Of a stretch of DNA of 64,000 nt, positions 62,904 through 64,000 are shown in pieces. The translations under genes were made by a program, and so were the position numbers. The stretch spans positions 65,534,001-65,598,000 of the forward strand of contig NC_043010.1 in NCBI RefSeq assembly GCF_006345805.1, written 5' to 3'. The stretch comes from Octopus sinensis (Eukaryota). Under the pieces are notes generated by a model that made no database searches, was not told where the DNA came from, and saw only the letters and a list, made by a program, of their open reading frames with translations. Within the stretch, counting starts at the first letter, position 1, and each line of letters opens with the position of its first letter.

Positions 62904-64000
62904 GTAAGTATTTTACTTTCATCTTTATTTCGGTTTAAATTTTGAGTATTTTATTGGTGTCAGCCTATGAACTGTGGCCATACTGGAGCACCATCACTAT
63001 CAATGGTATTTTGTTAATTATATCAAACCCAGCACTTGTGATACTGGTACTTACCAATTCTAGAAGTATGGAAGGCTGTTAATAATTATTTTCTAATTAT
63101 TTTTATAATGACTTATTACTCAAATGTTAAGTTATGGCTATCTGGTAAAAAAACTTTGCTTAGTAACCATGTGGTTCCTGGTCCAGTCCCACAGCACAAT
63201 ACCTTGAGTGTCTTCTTCTGGAGCTTTGGTTTAGCCACTACTTTCACATTGGAATTTGGTAGGAAAAAACTGCAGAATCCACCATGTGGATTCTGCAGTG
63301 TGTGTGTGTGTCACATTGCTTGCCAACAGGTGTTGGTTTGTGTATGTCCCTCATAACTTAGTGGTTTTGCCAAAAAGTACCGCTGTAATGTGTATGAGAT
63401 TTTAAATATAAACTGGTGTTGATTTGCCTGACTAAACTCTTCAAGTCAGTGCCCCAGCATGGCCACAATCCAGTTACTGAAACAAGTAAAAGAATCAAAG
63501 CATACATAGACAGTGGTCTCCAGAACACTTTTCTGACTCACTAATTTCTATCATTTAAAGGGAATTGAAATGTTTTAGGATGCTAACCACATGGTTCCAG
63601 GTTCAATCTCACTGGGTGGCACCTCAAACAAGTATCTTCTATTATAGCCTCAGGCCAACCATAGCCTTGTGAGTGGAATTACTAGACGGAAACTGAAAGA
63701 AGCCAATCATATATATATATATATATATATCATCATCATCATCATCATCATTTAGCGTCCGTTTTCCATGCTAGCATGGGTTGGACGGTTCTACTGGGGT
63801 CTGTGAAGCCAGAAGGCTTCATCAGGCCCAGTCAAATCTGGCAGTGTTTCTACGGCTGGATGCCCTTCCTAACGCCAACCACTCCGTGAGTGTAGTGGGT
63901 GCTTTTTACGTGCAAACGGCCACGAACGGATGGTGCTTTTTATGTGCCACCGGCACGAGGGCCAGGCGAGGCTGGCAACGGACACGAAACGGGGCGGTGC

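Overview
AT-rich, microsatellite- and SINE-dense eukaryotic genomic DNA. The repeat families suggest a cephalopod such as Octopus, which is an inference. The main gene is a complete 14-exon V-type H+-ATPase subunit B on the minus strand: CDS 41520 to 5030, 1530 nt, 509 aa, all introns GT-AG. Its exon 10 (151 nt) occurs twice, inside a near-identical ~1.83 kb tandem duplication. On the plus strand, divergently oriented, lie the first two coding exons of a UFD1 gene: an ATG-only exon at 56738-56740 and an exon at 62789-62903, both missed by the ORF track. Between the two genes are two identical tRNA-Leu(TAG) genes in an inverted duplication, a ~450 bp fold-back palindrome, Helitron pieces and a decayed RTE LINE. 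The introns carry tRNA-derived SINEs, LINE tails, MITEs, several long hairpins and two degenerate hammerhead-ribozyme motifs. Almost all other ORFs in the track are microsatellite or repeat artefacts. I found no clearly new biological system; the best leads are the duplicated exon flanked by palindromic elements and the clustered fold-back rearrangements.
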